Below, in pieces: positions 45,617-55,022 of a DNA stretch of 60,427 nt. This DNA is from Minisyncoccota bacterium. Lineage in GTDB: Bacteria > Patescibacteriota > Minisyncoccia > Minisyncoccales > Minisyncoccaceae. The position numbers were made by a program, and so were the translations under genes. The notes under the pieces were generated by a model. That model was not told the DNA's origin, did no database searches, and saw nothing but the letters and a program-made list of their open reading frames with translations. Location: positions 1-60,427 of the forward strand of contig JAQUUL010000001.1 in assembly GCA_028693895.1 (NCBI GenBank). The letters are read 5' to 3'. Positions within the stretch are counted from its first letter, which is position 1. Every line of letters begins with the position of its first letter.

Positions 45617-47410
45617 ATGGAAATAAGAAACATTGCAATTATAGCTCACGTTGACCATGGTAAAACTTCGTTAACAGATTCTTTAATGAAACAATCTGGT
45701 GGTGCCGAAGAAAATTTTACTATGGACACAAATGAATTAGAAAAAGAAAGAGGGATTACAATTTATTCTAAAAACACCTCTATTTTCTACAAAGACACTA
45801 AAATAAATATAGTTGACACTCCGGGTCATGCTGATTTTAGTTCGGAGGTCGAAAGGGTTCTAAGATCAATTGATTCAGTTCTTTTAGTAGTAGATGCTCA
45901 AGAGGGTCCCATGCCTCAAACAAAGTTTGTTTTGAAAAAATCATTAGAGCTTGGTTTTAAACCAATTGTTGTTATAAATAAAATTGATAAACCTGCTGCT
46001 AGACCAGATGAAGTTAAAGAAATGGTCTATGAGCTATTTCTAGATTTAGGAGCTAACGATGAACAGCTTGATTTTGAAGTTGTCTATGCAAACGGAAGAG
46101 ATGGAATTGCCAAAAGAAATTTGAATGATGAGTCAGATAACTTAGTTCCACTTTTAGATTTAATTATTAATAAGGTTAATCCTGCTTCTTCAGGAGAATT
46201 AGCAAGTAAAAAATTAAGAGCACAACCTTTTAACCTTGGTTATGATAATTTCTTAGGAAGACTTGCTATATGTAGAATATATGAAGGAAAGATAAACAAA
46301 GGAAAAGATGTTTTTGTAAAGGGAATTAATAACGAGGTTAGAAAAGGAAAAGTTGTTAAAATGTTTACTTTTCATGGATTAGAGAAGGTAGAATTAGAAG
46401 AAGCATCTGCGGGAGATATTGTAATTATTGCTGGAATCCCTGATATTTTTATTGGAGAAACAATATCTTCAGATTTAGAAATAGACTCATTACCTTTTAT
46501 ACATATTGATGAGCCAACAATATCACTTAATTTCTTAGTTAATAATTCTCCTTTTGCTGGAAAAGATGGAAAATTTGTTACCAATAGACAATTAAAGGAA
46601 AGGCTTTTGAAAGAAATAGAAATAAATGTGGGATTAAAAATAGATTTTTCATCAAGTGAATATTATAAGGTTTATGGAAGAGGAGAATTGCATATTGCTA
46701 TACTTTTAGAACAAATGAGAAGGGAAGGATACGAATTGCAAGTTTCTCAACCACAAGTAATTATTAAAGAAGAAGACGGAAAGAAATTAGAGCCTTATGA
46801 AGAGGTTATAATTGATATACCAAGTGAAATGTCTGGAACAGTAATAGAAAAGCTTTCAAAAAGAAAAGGAGTTATGACTGAAATGAAGCCAGATACAATA
46901 CACACAAGAATAATTTTTGAGATACCAACAAGAGGGTTACTTGGATATAAATCAGAATTTGTGATGGATACTCGTGGAGAAGGAATTTTAGCTAGCAGAG
47001 TGATTGGTTTTAAGCCATATGCCGGAGAAATAGAAAAAAGAAGTGTTGGTTCAATGATTTCAATGGCAACAGGAAAGTCATCTGGTTTTTCGTTATTTAA
47101 TCTTCAAGAAAGAGGTACTTTGTATATTGGTCATGCGGAAGATGTTTATGAAGGAATGGTCATTGGTAACGTTTCAAAAGGAAATGATTTAGCGGTTAAT
47201 CCAAACAAAGGAAAAGAGCTTTCTAATATGAGAGCTTCAGGATCTGACGAAGCAATTAAATTAACTCCTCCAGATATTTTAAATATAGAAAAAGCAATGA
47301 GCGTTATGAATGATGATGAATATATTGAAATAACGCCAAATTTTGTTCGTTTGAGAAAACAATACCTAACTGAAGTAGAAAGGATAAGACATAAGAGAAA
47401 AGGAAATTAA
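45617..47410 (+). CDS. typA: Translational GTPase TypA/BipA
   Basis: IRNIAIIAHVDHGKTSL, DTPGHADF, NKIDK, and an EF-G-like domain order without domain IV. Confidence 0.95.
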   Translation: MEIRNIAIIAHVDHGKTSLTDSLMKQSGGAEENFTMDTNELEKERGITIYSKNTSIFYKDTKINIVDTPGHADFSSEVERVLRSIDSVLLVVDAQEGPMPQTKFVLKKSLELGFKPIVVINKIDKPAARPDEVKEMVYELFLDLGANDEQLDFEVVYANGRDGIAKRNLNDESDNLVPLLDLIINKVNPASSGELASKKLRAQPFNLGYDNFLGRLAICRIYEGKINKGKDVFVKGINNEVRKGKVVKMFTFHGLEKVELEEASAGDIVIIAGIPDIFIGETISSDLEIDSLPFIHIDEPTISLNFLVNNSPFAGKDGKFVTNRQLKERLLKEIEINVGLKIDFSSSEYYKVYGRGELHIAILLEQMRREGYELQVSQPQVIIKEEDGKKLEPYEEVIIDIPSEMSGTVIEKLSKRKGVMTEMKPDTIHTRIIFEIPTRGLLGYKSEFVMDTRGEGILASRVIGFKPYAGEIEKRSVGSMISMATGKSSGFSLFNLQERGTLYIGHAEDVYEGMVIGNVSKGNDLAVNPNKGKELSNMRASGSDEAIKLTPPDILNIEKAMSVMNDDEYIEITPNFVRLRKQYLTEVERIRHKRKGN

Positions 47411-48042
47411 ACTAAATAATTATATATACACCAAAAGTGGGATATTGTTCCGAAAATAACAAGGATATGAAATAGTTCGTGAAAACCAAATTCTTTACTG
47501 ATATTTGGTTTTTTAATTGCATATATTACTGCTCCAATAATATAGAAAAATCCTCCGACTAATAACCAAAAAATAATACCTATTCCACTTGATTGATATA
47601 GTGGATAAAGTATTAAAAAAGAAAGGCATCCCATTAAAACATATAAAAAAGTAGCAAACCATCTTGGCGTCTTAGTCCAGAAAGACTTAAAAAATACAGT
47701 TGATATTCCTGCTACAGCTAAAACCCAAATACTTATTAAAGAAATTATTCCTACTGTTCCATTAAGAGCAATTAAGCAAATAGGAGTGTATGTTCCAGCA
47801 ATTAAGATGTAAATCATTGCATGGTCTATTTTTCTAAAAACGTCAACTTCTTCAGGAGAATGTCCAAATAGATGATAAATAGAACTGGAAGCATAAAGAA
47901 AGCACATGCTTAATCCGAATATAATAAAAGATATAATTTTAACTAATCCTTCTGCAGAAGAAATCAAAAGAAATGTTCCTATTATAGAAAGGATTAATCC
48001 TAATAAATGACTAAGCCCAGAAATCGGGTCTTTTATTTTCAT
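47407..48042 (-). CDS. Hemolysin III / PAQR family membrane protein
   Basis: Seven TM segments with DHAMIYILIAGTYTP and HELFHILV motifs. Confidence 0.8.
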   Translation of the reverse strand: MKIKDPISGLSHLLGLILSIIGTFLLISSAEGLVKIISFIIFGLSMCFLYASSSIYHLFGHSPEEVDVFRKIDHAMIYILIAGTYTPICLIALNGTVGIISLISIWVLAVAGISTVFFKSFWTKTPRWFATFLYVLMGCLSFLILYPLYQSSGIGIIFWLLVGGFFYIIGAVIYAIKKPNISKEFGFHELFHILVIFGTISHFWCIYNYLV

Positions 48043-48091
48043 AATTAATATGATACATTATTTTTAGCATATTTGAAATAGAGGTGCGGAA

Positions 48092-48571
48092 ATGTTTAAA
48101 AGAGTTTTTTCAAAGAAAAAAGAATCAGTTGAAGAGATATTAAATTTTCTTGACTATGAACCGAAGTTGGAAATAATTAAAATCGGCATTCATTTTGGTG
48201 ATAGATATATTATTCTTGCTGATGGTAGGTCAAGCAGACCCAAAAAACCTACTAGTTATGTCATCAATATCTCTAAAGGAGTTGATGAAAAAGAATTTGC
48301 TGTGCGATTAGCATCAAGAGCAGTCCGTTGCCGAAGGCAGAGTGGAGAAGATAAATTGGAAACATTTTCGGATATAAAAATGCCTGAATGTTTCTATTCA
48401 TTTTTTTCGAGTATTTACTTTATGACTTGGGGGAAGTATGAAGCAGACTCTGAAATAATCGCTGTTATAGCCGAAAGACTATACATCGATGGTATTTCCT
48501 TAGATGAAATATCTCAAATGCTTCTGATGAATGCCTCAGAGATAAACGAAAGGTATCTAAAAAAAGGATAG
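48092..48571 (+). CDS. Hypothetical protein with no recognisable domain
   Basis: 159-aa ORF between two minus-strand genes. Composition looks more G+C-rich than the flanks. Confidence 0.45.
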   Translation: MFKRVFSKKKESVEEILNFLDYEPKLEIIKIGIHFGDRYIILADGRSSRPKKPTSYVINISKGVDEKEFAVRLASRAVRCRRQSGEDKLETFSDIKMPECFYSFFSSIYFMTWGKYEADSEIIAVIAERLYIDGISLDEISQMLLMNASEINERYLKKG

Positions 48572-48589
48572 AAATATCCTTATTTTTTT
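48560..48589. terminator. Bidirectional terminator overlapping both convergent stop codons
   Basis: A-run, aaggata / gaaa / tatcctt 7-bp stem, then a T-run. Confidence 0.6.
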
Positions 48590-49713
48590 ATGCCGTAATT
48601 TTCCTTTAATTTTTGTATTCTATTATATGATTCGTTAATTTGTTCTTCTGATATTTTTCCATTTTTGACTGCATTAAAAATTGCATCTACTGCTTCTCTT
48701 GGAGCTGATTCGTTATATTCATCTCCGTTATTAGAAATAATCAACATGTCACATCCAGCATTTACTGCTTTAATGATAGCTTCCGCATATCCATAATTAT
48801 TAACTATTGCTCCCATCTGCATATCATCAGATATAATAACTCCATTAAAACCTAATTCATTTCTTAATATATCTTTAAGAAATTTAGAAGAAAGTGTTGC
48901 TGGATTATCTGCATCAATATTTTTATTAAATATGTGTGCAGTCATTACTATATCTGAATATCCATTTTCTATTAATTTCTTATAAGGAATAAGCTCTATT
49001 TCGTTATATGTTTCTGTTACATCAACTACTCCTAAATGTGAATCATTTTCTGAGCTTCCATGTCCTGGAAAGTGTTTTATTGCTGATATAATGTTATTTT
49101 CATGAAGACCTTCTATAAAAAAGGATGAGTATTCGTAAACTGTTTCTGGATTATTTGAAAATGATCTTTCTAAATATCCAATTACAGGATTATTTGGATT
49201 AATATTAACATCAACTACAGGTGCAAAATCCATATTAATACCAATATTTTTTAATGTTTTTCCTAAAGATAAGCTATGGGACTTTACTTCTTCAGCTGAT
49301 AGTTTTCCTAACTCTTCGGCTGAAGGAATATTTTCAAATCCATATTTAGTTTTTAGTCTATTAACATATCCTCCTTCGGCATCAATTGATATAAATATAT
49401 CAGAAGAACTATTTTTGATATTAGTAATTAATTTCTTAGTTTGTTCTACATTAATAATGTTCCTCTGAATTTCCCCTTTTGAAGGGTTATCTCTATCAAA
49501 AAGAATTACTCCTCCTATATTTAATTCTTTTATTGTTTTAATTATGTAAGAATTGTTATTTGCTTCTGTGCCCCTAAAACCAATAATTAACATCTGTCCC
49601 ATTTTTTCCTTCAAATTGTTCTCTTTATTTCTTTCTTTTATGTAATTATTGGTAAGAAATGAGATAATTATAAAAACGAAAATGATGATTGATATTTTTA
49701 TTATTTTGTTCAT
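48580..49713 (-). CDS. Glycoside hydrolase family 3 N-terminal domain protein (NagZ-like beta-N-acetylhexosaminidase), membrane-anchored
   Basis: GQMLIIGF, GGVILF, IDAEGG.V.R, KHFPGHG...DSH, MTAH. Confidence 0.75.
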   Translation of the reverse strand: MNKIIKISIIIFVFIIISFLTNNYIKERNKENNLKEKMGQMLIIGFRGTEANNNSYIIKTIKELNIGGVILFDRDNPSKGEIQRNIINVEQTKKLITNIKNSSSDIFISIDAEGGYVNRLKTKYGFENIPSAEELGKLSAEEVKSHSLSLGKTLKNIGINMDFAPVVDVNINPNNPVIGYLERSFSNNPETVYEYSSFFIEGLHENNIISAIKHFPGHGSSENDSHLGVVDVTETYNEIELIPYKKLIENGYSDIVMTAHIFNKNIDADNPATLSSKFLKDILRNELGFNGVIISDDMQMGAIVNNYGYAEAIIKAVNAGCDMLIISNNGDEYNESAPREAVDAIFNAVKNGKISEEQINESYNRIQKLKENYGIKK

Positions 49714-49739
49714 ATTTTTTAATTATAGTAACATAAACA

Positions 49740-49768
49740 TTGACATTTATCCATTATTAAACTATTAT
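49740..49768 (+). promoter_or_regulatory. Near-consensus sigma-70 promoter for the RRM protein gene
   Basis: TTGACA - 17 nt - TATTAT. The predicted leader of about 65 nt contains a ccttaacactaagg hairpin. Confidence 0.55.
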
Positions 49769-49840
49769 TCCCTTAACACTAAGGTGCATGCTCATTGTTA
49801 TTGAGTAGGTCGTAAAAAAAATCAATTATCAAAAGAAAAA

Positions 49841-50107
49841 ATGGAAAAGAAACTATACGTAGGAAACCTTCCTTATTCTCTATCTGATGAAGCTCTTAAG
49901 GATTTATTTACAGAAGCAGGCGAAGTAGCTGCAGCTTCTATAATTATTGATAAATTCTCAAAGAGATCAAAAGGTTTCGGTTTCGTAGAAATGTCTACAG
50001 AAGAAGATGCTGCAAAAGCAAAAGACATTTTTAACGGAAAAGAAGTAGAAGGAAGAAAGTTAATAGTTGACGAAGCTAGACCAATGAAGGATTTCAAAGG
50101 TGAATAA
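49841..50107 (+). CDS. RRM-type RNA-binding protein
   Basis: RNP2 (LYVGNL) and RNP1 (KGFGFVEM) motifs, 88 aa. Confidence 0.88.
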   Translation: MEKKLYVGNLPYSLSDEALKDLFTEAGEVAAASIIIDKFSKRSKGFGFVEMSTEEDAAKAKDIFNGKEVEGRKLIVDEARPMKDFKGE

Positions 50108-50120
50108 TTTCGTGCAATTA

Positions 50121-50146
50121 GAGGGCCCCTCAGGGGGCTCTTTTCT
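50121..50146 (+). terminator. GC-rich rho-independent terminator
   Basis: gagggcccc / tca / gggggctc hairpin followed by ttttctt. It stands out sharply in AT-rich DNA. Confidence 0.75.
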
Positions 50147-50175
50147 TATTTTAGATTTAATGATAAAATATCAAT

Positions 50176-50502
50176 ATGGAAACAATAAATTTTGAAGATT
50201 TTTTGAAAGTAGACCTAAGATTAGGAAAAATAATTGAAGCTGAAAGAGTTGAAGGTTCAGTTAAAATTATTAAAACTATAATTGACTTAGGAGAAACTAA
50301 AAAACAAATATTGGCTGGAATAGGAGAATACTATATTCCAGAAGATTTAATTAATAAAAATGTAGTTATTGTTGCTAATCTTTCTCCTAAAAAAATAATG
50401 GGTATTGATAGCGAAGGAATGATATTAGCAATTAAAGACGAGGATAATTTATCTTTATTGTTTACAGATAAAGATATAAAAATAGGTTCAAAAGTTAGTT
50501 AA
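50176..50502 (+). CDS. tRNA-binding domain protein (CsaA/Trbp111-like OB fold)
   Basis: F.KVDLR.GKI..AE.V......K...DLG........GI...Y.PE.L....V..V.NL.P.K.MG..S.GM.LA. Confidence 0.75.
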   Translation: METINFEDFLKVDLRLGKIIEAERVEGSVKIIKTIIDLGETKKQILAGIGEYYIPEDLINKNVVIVANLSPKKIMGIDSEGMILAIKDEDNLSLLFTDKDIKIGSKVS

Positions 50503-50523
50503 TAATAAATAATAATTAAAAAA

Positions 50524-51327
50524 ATGGAAGCACAATATTTTGAAAAAGAAACAAAAATGGAAAATCCTTTATTAAAAGGACTAATAATTATTGGAATGAT
50601 ATTTTTGGTTATTTCAATTTTTTATATTTTCTTTGCTATACAAAATGTTTCAAAAGAAACAAGATATATTGGAGCAGATTCACAAGGAAACACTATAAAT
50701 GTTTCAGGTTCTGGAATTGTTTATGCTGTTCCAGATGTTGCTATTGCTACTTTTTCAGCAATAACTGAAGAGCCAACACTTGAATATGCTTTAAGCAAAA
50801 ACAAAGAAAAAATAAATAGAGTTATAGACTTTCTAAAAAGACAAGGGGTAAATGCAGAAGATATTAAAACATTAGACTTTAATATCTATCCAAAATATGA
50901 ATGGCAAAAGACAGGAATTGATTTAACAGTTTATCCTTTAGGAAAAAGGGTTATTACTTCTTACGAAGCAGTAGAGTCTTTAGAAGTTATTATCAAAGAC
51001 AATGATCAGATTGGAAGAATAATACAAGGTTCAATTGATGCTGGCGCAAGTCAAACAAGTAACTTAAAATTTATTATTAGTGATGAAGAATCTTTGAAGA
51101 AAGAAGCAAGAGAATTAGCTATAGCAAATGCTAAAACAAAAGCTATAGACATTGCTAATTCTTTGGGATTAAGAATAGGTAATGCTTCTGATTTCTCTGA
51201 AGAGTATACTATTCCAACATATATAGTTTCTGATACTTCAACTACTGGTTCAGGAAATAATTTAGAAATAATTGTTAAAGAAAATAAAATTGAGGTAAAA
51301 GTAAATATCTCTTACGATATAAAATAA
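50524..51327 (+). CDS. SIMPL (DUF541) domain protein, membrane-anchored
   Basis: TM anchor, then I.VSG.G.V...PD.A...F...T pattern and a C-terminal AR..A...A...A...A..LG motif. Confidence 0.6.
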   Translation: MEAQYFEKETKMENPLLKGLIIIGMIFLVISIFYIFFAIQNVSKETRYIGADSQGNTINVSGSGIVYAVPDVAIATFSAITEEPTLEYALSKNKEKINRVIDFLKRQGVNAEDIKTLDFNIYPKYEWQKTGIDLTVYPLGKRVITSYEAVESLEVIIKDNDQIGRIIQGSIDAGASQTSNLKFIISDEESLKKEARELAIANAKTKAIDIANSLGLRIGNASDFSEEYTIPTYIVSDTSTTGSGNNLEIIVKENKIEVKVNISYDIK

Positions 51328-51336
51328 GAAAGAAGT

Positions 51337-51771
51337 ATGAAAAAGTCATTATTATTAATTATAATATTCGTTATTGTGGGATCAGTTTGTTTTTTTCTTA
51401 ATTCTAATAAAGAAGAAGATTTCTTAGCAAAGCAAAACGAAGATAAAGAAATGGTTAAAATAGAAATTAAAACAGAAGGAACAGGAGAAGTTTCAAAATC
51501 AGGGGATGTATTAACAGTTCACTATATTGGTACCCTTGAAAACGGAACAAAATTTGATTCAAGTGTTGATAGAGGAATTCCTTTTTCTTTTACTCTTGGC
51601 GTAGGACAAGTTATTCAAGGTTGGGAAGAAGGAATGAGCGGAATGAAAATAGGAGAAAAAAGAAAGCTTATTATTTCTCCTGAAAAAGGTTACGGCGAAA
51701 GGGGAGTTCCTGGAGTAATCCCATCAAATGCTACTTTAATTTTTGAGGTAGAACTTTTGGGAATTAATTAA
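51337..51771 (+). CDS. FKBP-type peptidyl-prolyl cis-trans isomerase, secreted or anchored
   Basis: [42 protein letters not shown]....GYG, FEVELL. Confidence 0.88.
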   Translation: MKKSLLLIIIFVIVGSVCFFLNSNKEEDFLAKQNEDKEMVKIEIKTEGTGEVSKSGDVLTVHYIGTLENGTKFDSSVDRGIPFSFTLGVGQVIQGWEEGMSGMKIGEKRKLIISPEKGYGERGVPGVIPSNATLIFEVELLGIN

Positions 51772-51775
51772 TTTT

Positions 51776-52339
51776 ATGAACAATGAGGAACAATTAAAAA
51801 AGATTAAAGAAGAAGTTTTATCTTGTACTAATTGTCCTTTGTATAAAGAGAGAAAATTGCCTGTTATCGGACAAGGCAATCATAATGCAAAAATTATTTT
51901 TATAGGAGAAGCTCCTGGGGCAAAAGAAGATGCTACAGGAGTTCCTTTTTGTGGAAGATCTGGAGATTTTTTGAATGAACTTTTAGAGCATATCAATCTA
52001 AAAAGAGAAGATGTTTATATTGCTAATATTATTAAATGTAGACCTCCTCATAATAGAGATCCAAAAGAAATTGAGATTGACAAATGTAAAAAATTTATTG
52101 AAAGACAAATAGAAATTATTAATCCTAAAATTATTTGTTCTTTAGGAAGACATTCAATGAATTTTATGATGAAAAGTTTAGGAATTGACCCTCAACCAAT
52201 TAGTAAAGTTCACGGGAAGGTTTTCGAAAAAAGAAGATTATTTATTCCATTTTATCATCCAGCAGTAGCTATATATAATTCAAATACGAAAGAGATACTT
52301 AAAAAAGATTTTGAAATATTAAAGGATTATGTTAATTAA
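51776..52339 (+). CDS. Uracil-DNA glycosylase, family 4
   Basis: C..CPL, GEAPG..ED..G.PF.GRSG, KCRPP.NR.P, and an Fe-S Cys pattern. Confidence 0.85.
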   Translation: MNNEEQLKKIKEEVLSCTNCPLYKERKLPVIGQGNHNAKIIFIGEAPGAKEDATGVPFCGRSGDFLNELLEHINLKREDVYIANIIKCRPPHNRDPKEIEIDKCKKFIERQIEIINPKIICSLGRHSMNFMMKSLGIDPQPISKVHGKVFEKRRLFIPFYHPAVAIYNSNTKEILKKDFEILKDYVN

Positions 52340-52553
52340 AGTTAAGGCTTTTCCCTTATCAAAAGAAGAAAAGATTATTAAGAAAAATAAAGATAGTTTT
52401 GATGTTTTTGTTAGAGAAGAAGCTGAAAGAAATATGGCAAATAAGAGAATAATTGAAATTATTTCTGACTACTTTGAAGTTCCGCAGAATAAAGTTAAAA
52501 TGATTAAAGGATTCAAAGAAAGCAGTAAAATTTTTGATATAAAAAATGATTGA
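52329..52553 (+). CDS. DUF167 (YggU-like) family protein, tentative
   Basis: Size of 74 aa and the pattern V.V.E.AE.N.ANK..IE..S..F.V....V.....G..S..K. Confidence 0.4.
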   Translation: MLIKVKAFPLSKEEKIIKKNKDSFDVFVREEAERNMANKRIIEIISDYFEVPQNKVKMIKGFKESSKIFDIKND

Positions 52554-52977
52554 AGAAATATTATTAAATAAAATTTTAACATCTTGTATATTATCATGGT
52601 TTATAGCTCAAAGCATTAAAGCTATAATTTTAACCTATAAACAAAAAAAGTTTAGATTTGATTTGTATGCATTGCCAGGTAATTTTCCGTCTTCACATAG
52701 CGCTACAGTTTCGGCATTAGTAACTTCAGTAGGATTAGTTTCTGGATTTAATTCAGTGTCTTTTGCTATTTCAATGATATTCGCTTTCTTTATAATTTAT
52801 GATGCTAAAGTAATTAGGGGAGCTGCAGGAAAACAAGCTCGTTCACTTAATATTTTAATTGAAAAATTAAATGCTGGAGAAAACATTGATAGATTAAAAG
52901 AGATATTAGGACATAGTGTTTTGGAGATTATAAGTGGATTGGCAATTGGAATAATAATATCTATTTTAATTGTTTAA
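52546..52977 (+). CDS. Divergent PAP2 family membrane protein (DUF212)
   Basis: GNFPSSHSATVSAL and GHS..E motifs, 4 TM segments. Confidence 0.7.
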   Translation: MIEEILLNKILTSCILSWFIAQSIKAIILTYKQKKFRFDLYALPGNFPSSHSATVSALVTSVGLVSGFNSVSFAISMIFAFFIIYDAKVIRGAAGKQARSLNILIEKLNAGENIDRLKEILGHSVLEIISGLAIGIIISILIV

Positions 52978-52978
52978 A

Positions 52979-53617
52979 ATGGAATTACCAGAAGATTACA
53001 AAAAAGGTTATAAGTATTTCTTAAATACCAAAATAGATTTATCTAAAAGACCATTAATTCCAAGAGAAGAAACAGAATATTGGGTAGATTGTTTTCTTAA
53101 AGAAAATAATAATAAGATTAAATATTTAGACTTATTTTCTGGCTCTGGATGCGTTGGTATATCTATTCTAAAAAACATTAAGGGCTCGTTATGTGATTTT
53201 GGGGAAATAAAAGATGAATTTATTGAACAAATAAAAATAAATATTGAAATTAATGAGATAGATAAAGATAGGTGCAAGGTATTAAAAACAGATATTTTCT
53301 CAGGAATTAATGATGGTTATGATGTTATATTAGCAAATCCTCCTTATGTTGCAGAAAATAGAATTTCTGAAGTTGGAGAAGATGTTAAAGAGTTTGAGCC
53401 AGCAATTGCCTTATATGGAGGATTTGACGGTATGGATATAATAGAAAAATTTCTTGAACAAGCTAAAAATTATTTGAATGATAAAGGTTTGATTATAATG
53501 GAATTTGATCCAGAACAAAAGGAAAAAATAGAAAAAATAGTGAAAGAAAAATATTCAAAATATAATTTTGAAAAAGACCAATTTGGTTTATATAGATTTA
53601 TTAAAATAAAAAAATAA
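52979..53617 (+). CDS. prmC: HemK/PrmC-like N5-glutamine methyltransferase, short form
   Basis: PLIPREETE, DLFSGSGCVGIS, ILANPPYV, EP..AL.GG.DG. Confidence 0.7.
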   Translation: MELPEDYKKGYKYFLNTKIDLSKRPLIPREETEYWVDCFLKENNNKIKYLDLFSGSGCVGISILKNIKGSLCDFGEIKDEFIEQIKINIEINEIDKDRCKVLKTDIFSGINDGYDVILANPPYVAENRISEVGEDVKEFEPAIALYGGFDGMDIIEKFLEQAKNYLNDKGLIIMEFDPEQKEKIEKIVKEKYSKYNFEKDQFGLYRFIKIKK

Positions 53618-53621
53618 TATT

Positions 53622-54359
53622 ATGTGGGAATATATTTTATTAGGAGCATTGCAGGGTATATTTGAATGGATACCAATATCAAGTGAAGGAGTTTTAACTC
53701 TTTTTTCAAGTTTTATAGTTACTGATATTAATAATATTGATTTTTCTTTATTTCTTCATTTGGGAACAATGTTAGCAATTATTATCTATTTCAGGAAAGA
53801 GATAGTAGATTTAATTCTTTTGAAAGATAAAAAATTAGTAAGATTTTTTGTTATTGCATCTTTCGTTTCTTTAGCATTAGGTTTTATTCTTTATAAAACA
53901 ATAGGTGATATTAGTATCGGTTCAGGATTGTTATTTTTAATGGGATTGGGACTTCTTTTAACATCTTGGTTTCAAAGAAAAAATATTAAATTAAAAATAA
54001 GTGATGACATTGTTTCCTTTATTGTTGGTATATTGCAAGGAATAGCTGTTATTCCTGGAGTTTCGCGTTCTGGAGCAACTATATTTGGATTATCCCTTAA
54101 AGAAGTTGACCCATCAGAGATATTAAAAAAATCATATTTAATATCATTGCCTGCTGTTGCTGCATCATCAGGTTATATTTTCTTAAGTAATCCTACTATT
54201 TCATCTTTCCCATGGGTTGCACTTTTATCAAGCTTTATTTTTGGTATAGTATCTCTTAAAATAATTTTAGATTTTTCCAAGAAAATTAATTTTTCAACAT
54301 TAACAATGATATTCGGGTTACTTTGTTTATTCGGAGGATTAGTTGAATTATGGATATAA
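53622..54359 (+). CDS. uppP: Undecaprenyl-diphosphate phosphatase (BacA/UppP)
   Basis: GALQGIFEWIPISSEG and QGIAVIPGVSRSGATI motifs, polytopic. Confidence 0.8.
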   Translation: MWEYILLGALQGIFEWIPISSEGVLTLFSSFIVTDINNIDFSLFLHLGTMLAIIIYFRKEIVDLILLKDKKLVRFFVIASFVSLALGFILYKTIGDISIGSGLLFLMGLGLLLTSWFQRKNIKLKISDDIVSFIVGILQGIAVIPGVSRSGATIFGLSLKEVDPSEILKKSYLISLPAVAASSGYIFLSNPTISSFPWVALLSSFIFGIVSLKIILDFSKKINFSTLTMIFGLLCLFGGLVELWI

Positions 54360-55021
54360 TAAAAGAATTACAATCAAAAAGAGATAAAAAAAGAGCGGCT
54401 ATATTATCTCGATTTTTTAAAACTGGAAAGGGAGAATATGGTGAGGGAGATATTTTTTTAGGAATTGTAGTTCCTGTTCAAAGAATTATTGCTAAAAAAT
54501 ATGTAGATATTCCTTTTAGAGATATTCAAAAGCTACTTAATTCTAAGATTCATGAATACAGGCTTACTGGACTTCTTATTTTAGTTGAAAAAAAAGATAA
54601 AGAAAAGGTTTTTGATTTTTATCTTAAAAATACAAAAAATATAAATAACTGGGATTTAGTTGATTTATCAGCACCTAAAATAATTGGAGATTACTTGAAT
54701 AATAAAAAAAGAGAAATTTTATATTCTTTAGCTGTTTCAGATAATTTATGGGAAAGAAGAATATCTATTGTTTCAACATTTTCTTTTATAAAAAATAATG
54801 ATTTTAAGGAAACGATTAAAATAGCAGAGATATTATTAAATGATAAGCATGATTTAATTCAAAAAGCAGTTGGTTGGATGCTTAGAGAGGTTGGCAAAAG
54901 GGATAAAGACATTGAAAAAGATTTTCTTGATAAATATTATCGCAATATGCCTAGAACTATGTTAAGATACTCTATAGAAAAGTTTAGTCCAAAAGAAAAA
55001 GAATTTTATATGAAAAAATAA
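54350..55021 (+). CDS. DNA alkylation repair protein (AlkD/AlkC-like HEAT repeat)
   Basis: FFKTGKGEYGEGD.FLGI.VP..R.IAK, W.RR.SIV, and GWMLRE in the C-terminal part. Confidence 0.7.
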   Translation: MDIIKELQSKRDKKRAAILSRFFKTGKGEYGEGDIFLGIVVPVQRIIAKKYVDIPFRDIQKLLNSKIHEYRLTGLLILVEKKDKEKVFDFYLKNTKNINNWDLVDLSAPKIIGDYLNNKKREILYSLAVSDNLWERRISIVSTFSFIKNNDFKETIKIAEILLNDKHDLIQKAVGWMLREVGKRDKDIEKDFLDKYYRNMPRTMLRYSIEKFSPKEKEFYMKK

Positions 55022-55022
55022 T

